From Amphiscolops sp. MND2022 (Eukaryota), in contig OZ076412.1 of NCBI GenBank assembly GCA_964187785.1, positions 26,970,001-27,034,000 on the forward strand: DNA of 64,000 bases, in the 5' to 3' direction. A model generated the notes under the pieces. That model had not been told where the DNA came from, made no database searches, and saw nothing but the letters and a program-made list of their open reading frames with translations. The translations under genes were made by a program, and so were the position numbers. Below are positions 1 to 13,249 of this stretch, piece after piece. Each line of letters opens with the position of its first letter. Position 1 is the first letter of the stretch.

Positions 1-1286
1 GACAAGATTGCAGATTTCACGGTCGACAACTACGCGGCCCTCAAGCTGAAATATCCGCAGAGGGAAACTTGCTCTTTTCTGGACCCCACCGATATCGATT
101 GTTTTTCAACCTCGGAGTTTTCGTCCAGAAGGCTCTTATGTCCTTCCCCAACGGATCTAGTGCAAGTTTGGATGGCATTTCGACCCAACTGTTGAAATGG
201 TTGAGCTTGACGAATGAACAGGAAAGTCGTCTCGATGGAGCCCAGAAAAATTGGACGCAACCTGTCTACGTCAGAACCGCCCAAGATTTGATTTCTAGAT
301 TGGATGACAAACGTTCGAAAGTTTTTAACGATCATCAAGGCAAGTTCGGGTCTCAATGGCTCAACGTCGTTCCTTGCAAGAACCTAGGCTTGAAACTTGA
401 TGATCAGCAGCTTCGGATTTCAAATGGTTTGCGTCTCGGTGCCAACATCTGCGTTGCGCAAACGTGCCACTGTGGTCAGAGAGTGAAACGGGACGGTTTA
501 CACGGTCTTTCTTGCACCAAGATTGCTGGTGGCTTCTCACGTCATGCTACTCTCAATTTTCTCATGAAGCAGACTTTAGGATCTCTCGTCTCGCCTTCAA
601 TGCTCGCATCGCGTGGCTTGTACCGAACTGATGGCAAACTCCCAAACGATTTTACCATGATTCTCTGGAAAATGGGTAAACAGCTGGTGTGGGATGTCAC
701 GGTTGTGGATGCTCTTGCACCCAGCCGTCTGAATCAAGGCTCTTTAAACAACCCTGGAACCACCGCCATTGAGACAGAAGCGCGTAAAATTGAGAAGAAT
801 TGCGAATTAGTAGACAATGGATACATTTTCAACCGGTGGCCTTGGAAGTACAAAGTTCTTTTGCCGAGAGCAGTGAAATTTTCATCACACGTCTCTGTAA
901 AATGCTCTGTCGTTCGCACGACAATCAACGAGCTGACAGCTTTTTGAAGCAGTGGATTTCAGTGGCTCTTCAGATTGGCAATGCGGCCTGTGTTCTAGGA
1001 ACTGTGAGCGACAGAGATGCGTTCGAAGAAGTTTATTACATATAGTTTTTTAAACCTTTATATCAATGCAGCTTTGAAAAAAATTCTACCTGTCGACCGC
1101 AATAGTGGCTGGTATGACTAGTTTGTTGGTTGCTTCTTTTTGCTACTGGTCTAATGGGATAGTCGCTAGTATGAGGTTCCCTACTTTCGTTGCAGACCAT
1201 GAGTGTGTGTCTACTCCCCCCAACATGATGATACACATGGCACTTGATTGATGACGAAGATCCATAATATCCGATAGAGAAAAAAA
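1..1286 (+). mobile_element. CRE-clade non-LTR retrotransposon copy A, internally deleted (RT removed); extends past window start
   Basis: Pre-RT segment (DKIADF..FPNGSSASLDGIS.QLLK) fused at ~192-197 to the post-RT region; CCHC finger (CHCG..GLHGLSC), RHATLN, WDVTVVD and EARKIEK motifs of the restriction-like endonuclease; conserved ~260-bp 3' UTR ending GATAGAG-A(n). Confidence 0.85.
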
Positions 1287-1786
1287 CTAGACGAAAATAA
1301 TGTTCAGGACGGAATCAGAATGGCAGTGGGCGAGGACAAGATTGCAGATTTCACGGTCGACAACTACGCGGCCTTCAAGCTGAAATATCCGCAGAGGGAA
1401 ATTTGCTCTTTTCAGGACCCCACCGATATCGATTGTTTTTCAACCTCGGAGTTTAGTCCAGAAGGCTCTCATGTCCTTCCCCAACGGATCTAGTGCAACT
1501 TTGGATGGCATTTCGCCCCAACTGTTGAAAAATTTGGCTGTGGAGTCGAACGCGCAAGCTGAACTGTCTTTTCCAGAGCATTAACAAATCTGGTGAATGT
1601 GATTCTCGAAGGAAAAGAACCATCCGAACATCGGCCGTACTTCTTTGGTGCAAAACCAATTGCGCTAAAAAGCCCGGTGGCGGACTTCGTCCTATCGCTG
1701 TAGGAAATGCTTTCCGCCGGTGGTCCGCAAAAGGTGACGGATACCATGTCTTCGAATCACGTCAGGTATACGGAAGATACGGAAGT

Positions 1787-2130
1787 TACCGCGATCTCCG
1801 TTCCCGCTAGGTCCTTGCTCCTGTTCGACCTCACTTATTAAGATGGAATCATAAGCGGCCCCAAGGGGGCGCGGGGCACTAGAGGAAATGGGGACATATC
1901 CAAGGCACGTTTTATATTTCAAATCAATTCCAAATTGTGAATACTATCCAAAAAACGGGAATAACGTCCAAAAAACAGGAAAAACGTCTAAAAATTAGAC
2001 TTTAGTTACGATTCAGCAGCTGGCATTCTCTAGATCTTAGTTACGAAAAATGACATTTGGATCTTAGTTCTTTAGATCTTAGTTACAGAAATGCGTTTCG
2101 ATCTTATTCCTCAGATCGTAGTTTGGGCCC
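1787..2130. repeat. Unclassified insertion in CRE copy B RT (GC-rich cassette plus TAGATCTTAGTTAC short repeats)
   Basis: RT sequence breaks after AGATACGGAAGT and resumes at CAAGCAGGTGTAGGCACC (uninterrupted in the 28.9-kb copy); TAGATCTTAGTTAC-like repeats at 2031-2087. Confidence 0.55.
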
Positions 2131-2344
2131 ACCAAGCAGGTGTAGGCACCAAAAGTGGTGCTGAATTGGCCTCACATGTTTTCCGTGATTTGATAGAAAG
2201 CCCCCAACCCGAAAAAAATCTAATCTTGAAAATTGACTTTGAAAACGCTTTCAATTTGACAATTCAAGCCTGAGAAAATTTTTGAAACACGCCCCGAAGT
2301 TTTTGAGTACTCACACTCGGCGTACAGTCAGCCAAGATTTTTTA

Positions 2345-2900
2345 CAATTCAGTTTCCAAATCAGCTTGCCTCAATAGCGTCGAATTTTGACACGTCGTAT
2401 TCCTAACGTCGAATCATTAGAGTAGAAGAATAACGTCGAATCTAGTCGAAAAACCAATGTCAGATATTAAGGTCAAATTTCAGTCGAATTCTTCCTGTTT
2501 GTTTCAGATTAAAGTGGCAGATAATACCTTTACTAGCTACACCAAACAAGCCTTTCCCCACCTAATATGAGGTCATATACAGTTTTTGGACGCTCGTTCT
2601 CACCATCGCAAGGACCAGCTCCAACTATGATCGCTTCGCGATCTACGTTCCTGCTTGGTTTTTGCTCCTGTTCGACCTCGCTTAGCAAGATGGGAACATC
2701 AGCGGCCCCAAGAAGTTGCGGGGCACTAGAGGAAATGGGGGCATATCTGACGGCCAAAAACATTGTTATTTGCGACGCAAATGTATTTTTGAAGATTTAC
2801 CACTTGCATCGACGCAATTACTTCGACAGAAGTCTTTCGACAAGGGGACTTCGACGCTAAAACAAAGCTTTAAACTCGACGATTGGAATTCGACCGTATT
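2345..2900. mobile_element. Unclassified foldback-like insertion in CRE copy B RT
   Basis: CGTCGAA motifs clustered on the left (2378-2450) and TTCGAC motifs on the right (2820-2897); carries the GC-rich cassette also seen at ~1790 and ~28250. Ends approximate, no clear TSD. Confidence 0.45.
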
Positions 2901-5879
2901 ATGGCACCCTATTCAAATCTTGCAAAGGGACCCAGCAAAGAGATCCCGAGCCTCCAGCGTTAATTTCGGATTCAATTCAGGATCTGATTGACAGTTTGGA
3001 GTCAAAAATAAACTACTGGTACCTTGACAATGGAAATTTAGGTGATGATTACAGAACCGTTTCGGAAGAACTCAAAAAAATTGTTGAAGCGGAAAAAACG
3101 CTGGGACTGAAAAATAAACCCACGAAATGCGAAATTTTGTTTTTTGATGATATCACTGAAATACGACAATCGACATTTTTAGCATTTTTCCAGAAAATTT
3201 GCCCCGAGGTAAAAACACCAAACAAAGATGAATTTATCAATCTTGGTCCACCGCTTGGCCCGAAATCAAAGGCAGACCTTTTGGGAACACGAAATTAGCG
3301 AACTGGAAAAATTTAGGGGAATTGTTGGAAAAGTAGATGCACATTATGTTGAAAACTTGCTTCATTCTTCCAATGTTGTTGTACTCCCTGAGAACCAGTA
3401 CATGTTTTCATCATACAGATGTCTTGGAAAAGTATGACAAAACCGTACGCGACGGGCTTTCAAAAGTGTGTAACGTGAACTTCAACGATATTTCGAAAAC
3501 TCGTCTGGCTCTGTCCGCTGAATGGGTGGTCTTGTGGTTTCACCCGCATCATTATTAGCACTTCCCGCCTTTTTGTCTTCATCTTTTGGTGCGAGTGACA
3601 TTCTCACGACAATTTTCGTGGAAAAATTCGAGGATGTTTTGTTTTTCAAAGCGCTTGAAATTGGTGTTGTTTGACGAATGAACAGGAAAATCCTCTCGAT
3701 GGAACCCAAAAAATGGACACAACCTGTCTACGTCAAAACCGCCCAAGATTTGATTTCTAGAATGAATGACAAAGATTCGAAAGTTTTGAAAGCTCATCAA
3801 GGCAAATTCGGGTCTCAATGGATGAACGTTGTTTCTTACAAGAACTTAGGCTTGAAAATTGATGTTCAGCAGCTTCGGATTTCAAATAGTTTACGTCTCG
3901 GAGCCAACATATGTGTTGCGCATATTTGCATTGAGGTAAAAGAGTTAAACGTGACGGTTCACACGGTCTTTTTTGCACCAAGAGAGCTGGTCGCTTTTCA
4001 CGTCATGCGACTCTCAAATCTCTCGTTGAGCAGACGTAGGGATCTCTCGACTTGCCCTCAATGCTCGAACCGCGTGGGCTGTATCGAACTGATGGCAAAC
4101 GCCCAGGCGGTGTTACTATGATTCCTTGGGAACTGGGTAAACAGCTGGTGAGGGATGTCACGATTGTGGATGCTCTTGCACTCAGTCGCCTGAATCAAGG
4201 TTCTTTGTGCAGCCCGGGAACCACCGCCACCGAGGCTGAAGCGCGTAAAATTGAGAAGTATCGCAAATTAATAAACAATGAATACATTTCTCAACCGGTG
4301 GCCTTGGAAGTACAGGGTCCTTTAGGCGAGAGCAGTGAAATTTTCATCACGCCTCTCCGTAAAATGCTCTGTCGTTCGCACGACGATCAACGAGCTGGCA
4401 GTTTTTTGAAGCAGCAGATTTCAATGGCTCTTCAGATCGGCAATGCGGCCTGTGTTCTAGGAACTGCAAGCGACAGAGATGCGTTCGGAGAAGTTTATTA
4501 CATATAGCTTTTTTAAAACCTCTATATCAATGCAGTTTTGAAAGAAAATTCCACCGGTCGACTTCGATAGTGGCTGGTATGAGTAGTATGTTGGTTGTTT
4601 CTTTTTGCTACAGGTCTACTGGGATAGTCGCTGGTATGGGGTTCCCTACTTTCTTTGCAAACCACGTGTGTGTGTCTTCTCCCCCAACATGATGATACAC
4701 TTGGCACTTGATGATGAAGATTCATGGTATCTGATAGATGAAAAGGAAGAAAAAAGAAAACAGGAAAATTTTGAACGATTTCTCAACGAGAAAACCGGAG
4801 TCCATAAATTCATTGCCCCACTTTTTTCGGACATTCAGCGTGAAAACTTGACTATCGAAACGGAGTGTTCGCATGATATCACGATGTTGTACGGAAAAAA
4901 TATTCTTTCTAAAACTCTCAGATGACATAGATCGTCATTAAATTAGTGCCTTGTAGGTCATCATAGACACGGGGGTAACAAACACCAATGGTGTGCAAAC
5001 AAATAGAAAAGAAATGAACGATGAAACACTACTACCACTACTCATGCCAGCTGTTGCTTCGTCTCGTGTTTATTCTAAATTCGTGTGTGTTAATCATATG
5101 TATATTTTCTTTGCATTTCAGTGCCATTAATATAATCAACTTTAATTGAACCTCTAATGCAATGATTTTCCCTTGCATAGTGAGTGATACGAACAATTGA
5201 TGTCCATAACAAGCAGTGATATATTTCCTGGGAGCTTCTTGTTTGGATAATGCCGTCAGCGGATTAAAATAATCGCCAAGACAAGTAATCAGGAAACAAG
5301 CAACAACAATCAGACGTTTGTCGTTCATTTATTCATCGATCAATAAACTGAATAATCCAAAACATCATCAATCACTTTGTGCTAAAGAACAAAAAGCAAT
5401 TAGTTGAAAAAATTGGAACCTTGAAGCCAAGAATTGCTGCGATTGTGTACTGTCAGCGCGAGGTGAAAACATCTTCTATCAACTGTAGACTACCGGGATC
5501 ACCATAATACACGTGAAAAATATATTATCAACGCAAACAAAGACAAACCCTTCGATCAAGTTGGAGCTGAAAAAAATGCACAAAAGTCACAAGTTGGAGA
5601 TAAAACTGTTTTCAGTTGTGTGGTCAAAAAAAAGAACCGAAAAGAGTTAACGGTAAACCAACGGTCAAAAGAGAAAAATCTCAAGTGACAAACTCGAAAT
5701 GAGCTAGTCGAAAAATAATAAAAGTCATCAATTTTGCTCTCAATGGGATTAATTTTTTGAGAGCCAAAACTGACTTGAAGTTTGTCGAAAATCTTTGAAC
5801 GTTCATGCAATCTCAAATGAAAAAATACCTAAAAAATTTTCTGGTCAATTCAAGTTTTCTGGAAAACTCTCAGGACAAG

Positions 5880-7136
5880 AATTGACTGGAATGTAAAATA
5901 GAGAGCATCTTGTTGTATCTCCAAGGACCTTTGATGTGACTTACATCGTTCAAAGCAAAGGCGATAGTTTAAAAGAACCATGATGAAGAAGCCGATCCGA
6001 CGAAAGAACAGGAGAAAGGTTACCAAATCACGGATGTCTTCATTAGCCGGTGTGGCCTTGAAGCAGTGAAGAAATTTTACAGCTTGAATGCGCCGAAAGC
6101 TATTGAAGACATGAAATTCAATGACTTTACGGCAAGAATAGTTGCATATTGGAAGCCAGCCGAAACATTAGTCATTGCCGAAAGAACGATGTTCATCACC
6201 ACTGCTCAAGGAGGAAGTGATGAGACTGAAACGGATTTCATGGCTAGACTCAGAGCTGCTCGTTACTGCAAAATCGAAACTCTGAAAACATCCGCAGACC
6301 TTGGAGCGGCAATGATTAGACTGCAATTGTTGGCATGCTTGAAAGATAAAGAAAAGAACTCATCTTCGCATCGTCAGAAACAGGCTCAACACAAGACCTT
6401 CGGAAATGCGCTAGATGTGGCGCGAAGTCTGCTCATGAAAGGTTCCAATATCCAGCCATCAACAAGGTTTGCACCTCATGCAAAATCAAAGTGCACTTCG
6501 AGAAAATTTGTCGCAACTTGAGCAAACTGGCTGGTGGAGGAAAGAGGAAAGAAAAAGATATCACGCTTCTGACATGACTGATGAACAGGTATCTAAAAAG
6601 GATGAAGAAATGTACTTTACGCAACCTGTTGAAGAAGTAAATTTGTTCAACTTGCTCCTGAATTGGAAAAATTGAAATTATTGGTCATAAGTTTAAAATG
6701 CAAAAAGACTCAGGAACTTCGTTCACAAAAATTCGACGGAAACGTGGTCAAAATTGGCCTCACCCAGCCTGACGTTACATGCGCAATTCATTGAAATTTA
6801 TGATGGTCACCTAATGAGACACGAGGGGTCAATGGACTGTGAAATAACATGAACAGGACGCAAGTACACAAATCGAGTTGCTGTTATCGATTCTGAGAAA
6901 CACTTCGGCCTATTGGACGAGACATTACACATACCAATGAAGTTACTCAATTAGAAAGTTCTAACCTCACTGCGCCCTAACCAGCCGTGATACGTCAACC
7001 TGTGACAATGAAACTGAAATCAGATCCCAAACCAAAATTTTATCGTGCTCGGAAAGTCGCAATAGTTTTACAGGATCAAATCAAGCAAGAATTGGACAAG
7101 CTGGAACCTCAGGGAATCATAGAACTAGTCAAACCT
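5880..7136 (+). mobile_element. Ty3/gypsy LTR retrotransposon, 5' part (gag, decayed protease, RT start)
   Basis: 6066-6521 gag-like (LVIAERTMF..DFMARLRAARYC); 6987-7140 KPKFYRARKV..IKQELDKLE.QGIIELV is the typical gypsy RT N-terminus. Start approximate. Confidence 0.7.
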
Positions 7137-7583
7137 AAGAAAATAAATTTTATGAATGAAAGATTGCGTTGTGTTGAGTTCTGATAAAGTGGGGTAATTG
7201 TCTTCGATGAGAAATGATAAGATTTCAAATAATGTTAACTAAATGATAAAGAAGATAAGGTTGTCGATTGAGAAAAGGGAGTTTTAAAACCTTACTTTTT
7301 TTATAGAAACTTCTTTCCAAACCGTTTTGTGGCACTTGTTACCGAAGACGAAAATTAGGTGGATCTTATTTTTAAAAAGAGTTGAATTTCCTTTTAGATT
7401 GCATTCTGGAGCTGTCGAGTTGGTGAAAATTACAGAGTAAACGTCAATTGTAATTACGAAGTTGAAAGTTTCATTCAAAAAGAAATTAAACTTGGCTTTA
7501 GATTCGGCTTGAGCGAAAAAAAACAATGAGTCAGCCTTTGATCATACATAATTGTGAGTCAATTTCAAGTGGAGTTCACGACA
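7137..7583 (-). repeat. 3' LTR of BEL/Pao element 1 (~445 bp)
   Basis: Direct repeat of 13250-13696; ends TTCACGACA, an imperfect inverse of the TGTCGAGAA start of the other LTR; outermost bases at ~7137 are degraded. Confidence 0.8.
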
Positions 7584-10500
7584 CACTTCCCACGGGCAGA
7601 GACTCCTCTTAATCATCGTTCAAAATATCTTAGAGTATCTCTGCCTTTCAAAGCATGAGTAAAAACTTTGCGTCATGGTCTGCAATCACCGCTCAAACTT
7701 GAATCATTTTTGTCCTCTGACAGTTCTACTACTAATTATTATTCTCGTGAAGATTTTCTGCAGCTTCATCAGGCTTCGATTCTTCTGTTGTTGTCAGTTC
7801 AAGAGGGTATAATTTATAAAGTGCTCGGGTGATATCACGTCCTTTGTTCTTGCTCGAGCTGATCTTTTTTGTCCGTCATTTCTTTTGTAAAGTTCTTCGA
7901 TTCTTCAAATTTTCCTTATCGAGCGAGGTGTGTCATTGTAGACTAGTACGATAACTCCTTCCGTGGCTGTTGTCTGAGACGTCTTGCTTTTATTGGCTTC
8001 TTGGCGGTCTCTTAGAAATCTCAAATACTCTGTTTTTTATTTGTTCCAAATACTTTTCTGTAGTTTTGCCAAGTAAAACAGTCTTTGATTGGCCTGCATG
8101 TGTCCGAGGTCTTTCTCAATGATGTTGTCTTCGGTTTTTCCAAGGTGGGGTAAAGTTGATAAGATTGGTCCATTGATGAGATGTGACGGTGTCAGTGCTG
8201 TTGGTGATATAGTTGATGTGTCGCTTTCCACATATGTTAAGGGTCTATTGTTGACTGTGGGTTCGGTTTCTATCAGGATCGTGTGGAGTCCTGTTTGTGT
8301 CAGTAAAGCCCTTCCGAGAGTTTTTTCAGGATGTTTTTGACAATACCGACAAGTCTTTGGTACAATCGTCCTCACGCTGGTGACCTTCCCGGAATGTGTA
8401 TCCATTTGATTCGGTGTTTGCTGAAGTGTTGTTTGGCGTCGTCTTCCAAAATCGCCTTGAATGCCGATTCTCCAGCAATGAAATAAGATGCATTATCCGA
8501 CACAACTGCGGTTGAAACGGATTTTACCGCGCAAAAACGGCGGAACGCGACTAGAAAATGTTCGGTTGTTGAATGTCACAAGATCCAGCTGTACTGCACG
8601 GGTGATGCAGCAGGCGAAAACTGCGACGTAGGCTTTGCATTGTTCTGCGGCGTTGGATTTGATAAAGTGTTGTTTGTTATCCTGTATAGTCATTTCCGGC
8701 AGCACTGAATGGTGGTGCTGAGTTGATGCGATAGCTTGGTAGCGCTTGTTGTTCTGGGTATCTGTAACTATTGCTGTCTATGCGACAGCAGGTGTTGCCT
8801 TTCTTGAGAAACTTCTGGGTGAAGCTTCCTCCTCTCGGTATCCAAAACTGTATCCAAATCATAAGTGTATTAAAGTTGTTCTTGTTCCGGAGTGTAGAGT
8901 ACTTTTGTGGCAGTCTCCCACAATCAGCTTTGCCGAATGATCCTGGGTAAGTAGTATGGGCTCCTTTTCTTGAAGTGATAGATCGTTGCATTTTCCCAAA
9001 CGTACTTGACATCGGATGATGTCATGTTGATCGCTGAAAAGTCCGAGATTTTTGATGAGTTAATTTCTCTTTCCAAGATGTAGTAGTTCCTTGGTTTCGG
9101 CGTGTGATGTATCTGGTGATTGACGAATGATGTCGAAGAGTGCCGTCCGTTCTTCCGTTTCAGTTAGTGGTTGAGGTTCTTTTGTGAATAGGTAGTTACT
9201 ATTACTGCTGTGAGGTGTTTGTTTCAAGTTTGTCAGGAAACGAATGGTCCATGCGCGTTCCGAATCAATTTTCTCAAATGAGAGGGGAGTGCCATGTCGA
9301 TTACTCTTACGGTTGTTTCGTGTGACAACGCAAACTTGGGTGTTCTGAAATCCCAGAAGGTCCTGAGTGGTTTTTCAACTCTTCTGATAATTCAGGTAGG
9401 TCTAAGTTGTCTTTATACAGCGCATCTTCGGGGATACCCAGTATGGCTGTGATTCTTTTACTGCGTTGAGTGTGGTCTTTGTAAAGGGTATCTTCGGGGC
9501 TACCCTGTCTTGCTGTATAGGGTTGAGTTTTCGTTTCGAGGGTATCTTAGGGTTTACCCGCTTGCCGTTCTTCTTGCATTCTAGGGATGGAAGCTGCGTT
9601 TTCCGATGGTTCCGAGAAGTCCTGATGAGTTGTCTTCAATTCCTCTAAGACCCTAAGTGATGGACCGTGCCACCAAAGTTGTTGTCGGGATTTTTTGGGC
9701 TGACTAATGTGGGTAGCAATGTCGACTGGGTTGTGGTCCGTTGGAATGAAGAAGAAACTAGATTTGTAGTTGTTGATCATGCTCACTCGGTTGCGAGCAA
9801 ACGTTTGCAGTGTCTTGGTTGATTTGAGCCAAGACAAGCAAACTTGTGAATTGCTCCAGTATGTTGTTTCTACAACGATGGGCAGGTGTTGAAGAGTTCG
9901 TTGTGAGAATATTCCTAACTGTGAGCCGAGGGACATTGCCATCAACTCGAGTTTGGGTGTGGTCTTTGATGACACTGGGGCAAGTCTGGTCTTCGCCATG
10001 TAAAGCTCCCCATTGAGGTAGGCGGCTGCTGAGTATGCTGAAAGCGAACCTTCCAAGAAGATGTCCAGGCGTTTTTTCGCTGTAATTTGTATGTGTCTTG
10101 GTCTTACGAATGTTGTTGCTTGGGCTAATATGGCTGCAATTGTCTTCTATTCTTCTTCCTTTTGTTCCAGTAGTTCTTCGTCCCATCTGCAATTTCGTTT
10201 CCAAAGGTCTCTCATTAAGGGTTTGTCTTTGAGTGTTGCTGTGGCTGTCCATTCAAAAGGGTCGAAAAGTGTCGCGACTGGCCGAAAATTTTCCTTTTTG
10301 TACAAACTGCTTCAGAGTGTTGCTTGAATGGTTCCAGTGATAACTGATCTTCTTTGGTAGTCCATTTTATTCAAAGGACGTGTGTATCTTGCTGTTCCAC
10401 GTGATTCATTATGTTTCGGTGGTTTGAAGTCCATTCGCGAATGTTCATTGATGCCTTATGAAAAATCTTACTGTTCCTTTTGAAATAGGTTTTTGATTTT

Positions 10501-13215
10501 TCTTCTGTTTCGGCTCCAGTGACAAGGTTGTCCACAAGTATGTTCCTTCCAATGTCCAGTGCTGTGTGCTCCAGGTTGTATTTTTGTAAATGGTGATGTA
10601 GAGCGACTGCGAGGGTGAAAGAAGATGCTCGAGACCCAAGAATGGAACGTTGAAGTGGTAGACAGCTAGTTGTCTAGTTGGTTGATCTTCGTCTTCGGGG
10701 TTGCGTAGGTAGAATCTCAAAAACCTTCGGTCTTGTTCTTTGATTTTCACTTTGAGAAAAATTTTTTCGATGTCTGCTGTCAAGGCAATCCGATATAGTC
10801 AAAATCTGAAAAGTATTTCAACTAGGCTGTTTGTTAAATTGGGTCCTTTCCAGAGAAAGCCGTTCAGTGACATACCCAATCGTTTGTCTCTGCAACTGGC
10901 GTCAAAGACAATCCTAACCTTGGTGTGAATGGAGTTAACTTTGTAGACGGCATGCCAAGGCAGATACCTGCACTTGTGGTCGTTGTAGTTGTAGATGGTC
11001 GTCAAGCTGATGATTCCACGTCGTTGGTTATCTCCAAAAATGTCCTTCAGGTTCTGGAAGAGTTGTTGGTCGGTTGACATTTTCTCCATCATGTTTCTTG
11101 CTCTGTGACATGCGATTTGTTTATTTGTCGGAATCTTTGATTTGTCACATTCGGGTGTCCATGTTACAGATGCTGTGTATTGTCCAGTCTTCGGGTTCTG
11201 GACAAAAGTCTGTTGAAAGTCGTCTAAATGATTATCTTGTGTTCGGCAAACGTCGGGTTCATCTTGTATCCATTCGAGCAGCTGCTGTGGTTCTTTGATG
11301 TTTTCTTTGTCTGTAACAATGAGAGCTGTTTGTGTTGTTGTGAAGTAACTGTCTATCTGTGGCGCATTGTGTTGGCCACCACAGACAAAATAACCAAATT
11401 TGGTTTCTACTGCGACTGTTCCGTTGTTTTGTAGGATGATTCCATCTTTTACCACTGAGTAGTAAAAGTCTGAAGCAATGAAGAGGTCGATTTCTCTTCC
11501 TTTGGTGACTGGTTTCACAAAAGGCTTGTGTTCAGTGATTCTTCTTTTCTGTATCGGTAGGGCTGGCGAGTTTTCGGCGTACAGATTTTGAGTACAACAA
11601 TTGCTTTCAAGTGAACATGTCATTCATTTGTCTTTAACGTGATGGGGCTAATGTTCTAGCATCTGTCAGTTTCGTCTTCAGATCCAAAATGTAAAATGCT
11701 AAGATGTTGATGGGATGTTGTAGATAGCTGAAGTTTCTGTGCTAGAATGAGAGTGCAAAAGGTGTCGGAGCTTCCGTCGTCCAGTAGAACTGCTGCTTTC
11801 ACTGTTTGTTTCCGTTTCCTACGGTTGCCATCATAGCTTTAGGATCCCGCCCTGATTGGCGTAGGCAAAATTTGATTGTACTTCTTCGGTCTTCATTGTG
11901 TATTCTTTCTTCTTTTCTCCGATGCGTTCCTTGTGAAGAGCTGTGTGGTGCTTTCCGCCGCACTTCCGGCACAATCCTTCTTTGCATCGAGCTGCATATG
12001 ACGATCGATCGGTGCTTTTTCAGACATTTGAATTATAATCTTTTCCGTTTGGCTTACTTCGAGGCAATCATCAACGATGATGTGTTTTAGGCAGTCGCTG
12101 GCGCCATGTGATAATCCACAGGAAGACACTCCGCTGCTGGTTTCTTTTCTCTTGTGTAGTCCTTCGTTCCGTATTCAGATCTGTGTTGTGTTCTTGAATT
12201 TTGTGTTTAGTCGATGTTAAAGGCTGCAGTCGAATGGGGTTGCAATTTTGTCATTGAGTTTATTTCTTTGGTTTTGTCTTGTTCCCTAACTTGTTGTTCT
12301 CTCTCGAGGGCTGTAAGGAAGTCATCGATAGTCCATGTTGTTTTTCTGTGATCTCTGGCTAAACATCTTCTCAGATCTCCGGATAGCTTATCCATCAAAA
12401 GAAATTAGAGATCTCCAAATTCTTCTTTCGTCTTGTTTTTGGCTTCGAGTCTACGTATGTGTAGTTCCAAGTTGTCGAAAAACTGCCTCAAGTGGGTGTA
12501 TTTTTCTGTCATTGGTTCTAAGCTAATTAGTAGTTTGTAGTGTGCATCGATGATGCCATGTTTGTCACCGTATCTGTCCTTAAGAATCTCCAATGCTGAG
12601 TTGTAGTTCGCTGCTGTCATTGCCAAGTTAACGATTAGTGTTGATGGTTCTCCTCCAAGAGTTGTCTTCAGTTAACTGGTTTTCTGAACTTGTGATAGTG
12701 TGGTGAATAAATTAATGTTGGCATCGAACAATTCCCAGTAAGATGGGAAGCTCAAAACATCTCCTTTAAACGTTGGCATCTCTAGCTTCGGGAGTTTTGT
12801 ATTTGTTTGTTGGAGGGTGCCGATTTTGTTAGGGTATCTTCTTTTCCGGTTGCTTCATCTTTGGATGTTGATGGACCTTTTACCATCTTGTCTAGTTCAA
12901 AAATACAATTGTCAATTTCCTCTGTGAAGGAAATAACTTATTCGATTTCTTCTTCCGATTTTCCTTATGAGGTTACTGCTTCAATTTTGTCGTTTTTTTG
13001 ACAGGTCTTCTTTCTCCGATGTAATCTGTCGTTTAAGTTTTGTCAGGGATTCCAGTGTTGTATCTTCATTTTGTAATAATTCTAATGCTTGGTTCAATAA
13101 CTGTCGCAAATAACCCTTGTGAGATCTTCTAGACAGTTTTCATCGTGGTAATTGTTGTCCTTCAATGATGTTTTCTGCTGGTTGTATGGCTTCCATTTCA
13201 TTTGCAACTGTTGGG

Positions 13216-13234
13216 GATCCTGGTCTGGACACCA
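13216..13234 (-). promoter_or_regulatory. Probable primer-binding site of BEL/Pao 1 (TGGTGTCCAGACCAGGATC)
   Basis: TGG-initiated, tRNA-3'-end-like sequence just inside the 5' LTR; the 15-nt spacer is long and the cognate tRNA was not identified. Confidence 0.5.
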
Positions 13235-13249
13235 TTTAATAATCTCATT

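Larger units (their letters stand above)
1301..4760 (+). mobile_element. CRE-clade retrotransposon copy B, 5'-truncated and frameshifted, with two insertions in the RT
   Basis: RT motifs GAKPIALK(K)PGGGLRPIAVG (~1650), GVGTKSGAE..LKIDFENAFN (2130-2250), YWYLDNG (3015); RLE motifs GKRPGG/DVTIVD/KIEKY (4090-4260); same 3' UTR as copy A. 1335-1530 nearly repeats 1-197. Confidence 0.85.

Noticed and set aside
2722-2740. CTCF-like motif GCACTAGAGG in the GC-rich cassette
   Set aside because: Lacks the downstream GGCGC half of the motif.
4605-4925. 106-aa ORF as a host gene
   Set aside because: The first half is CRE 3' UTR and A-tail; the remainder is short and unrecognised.
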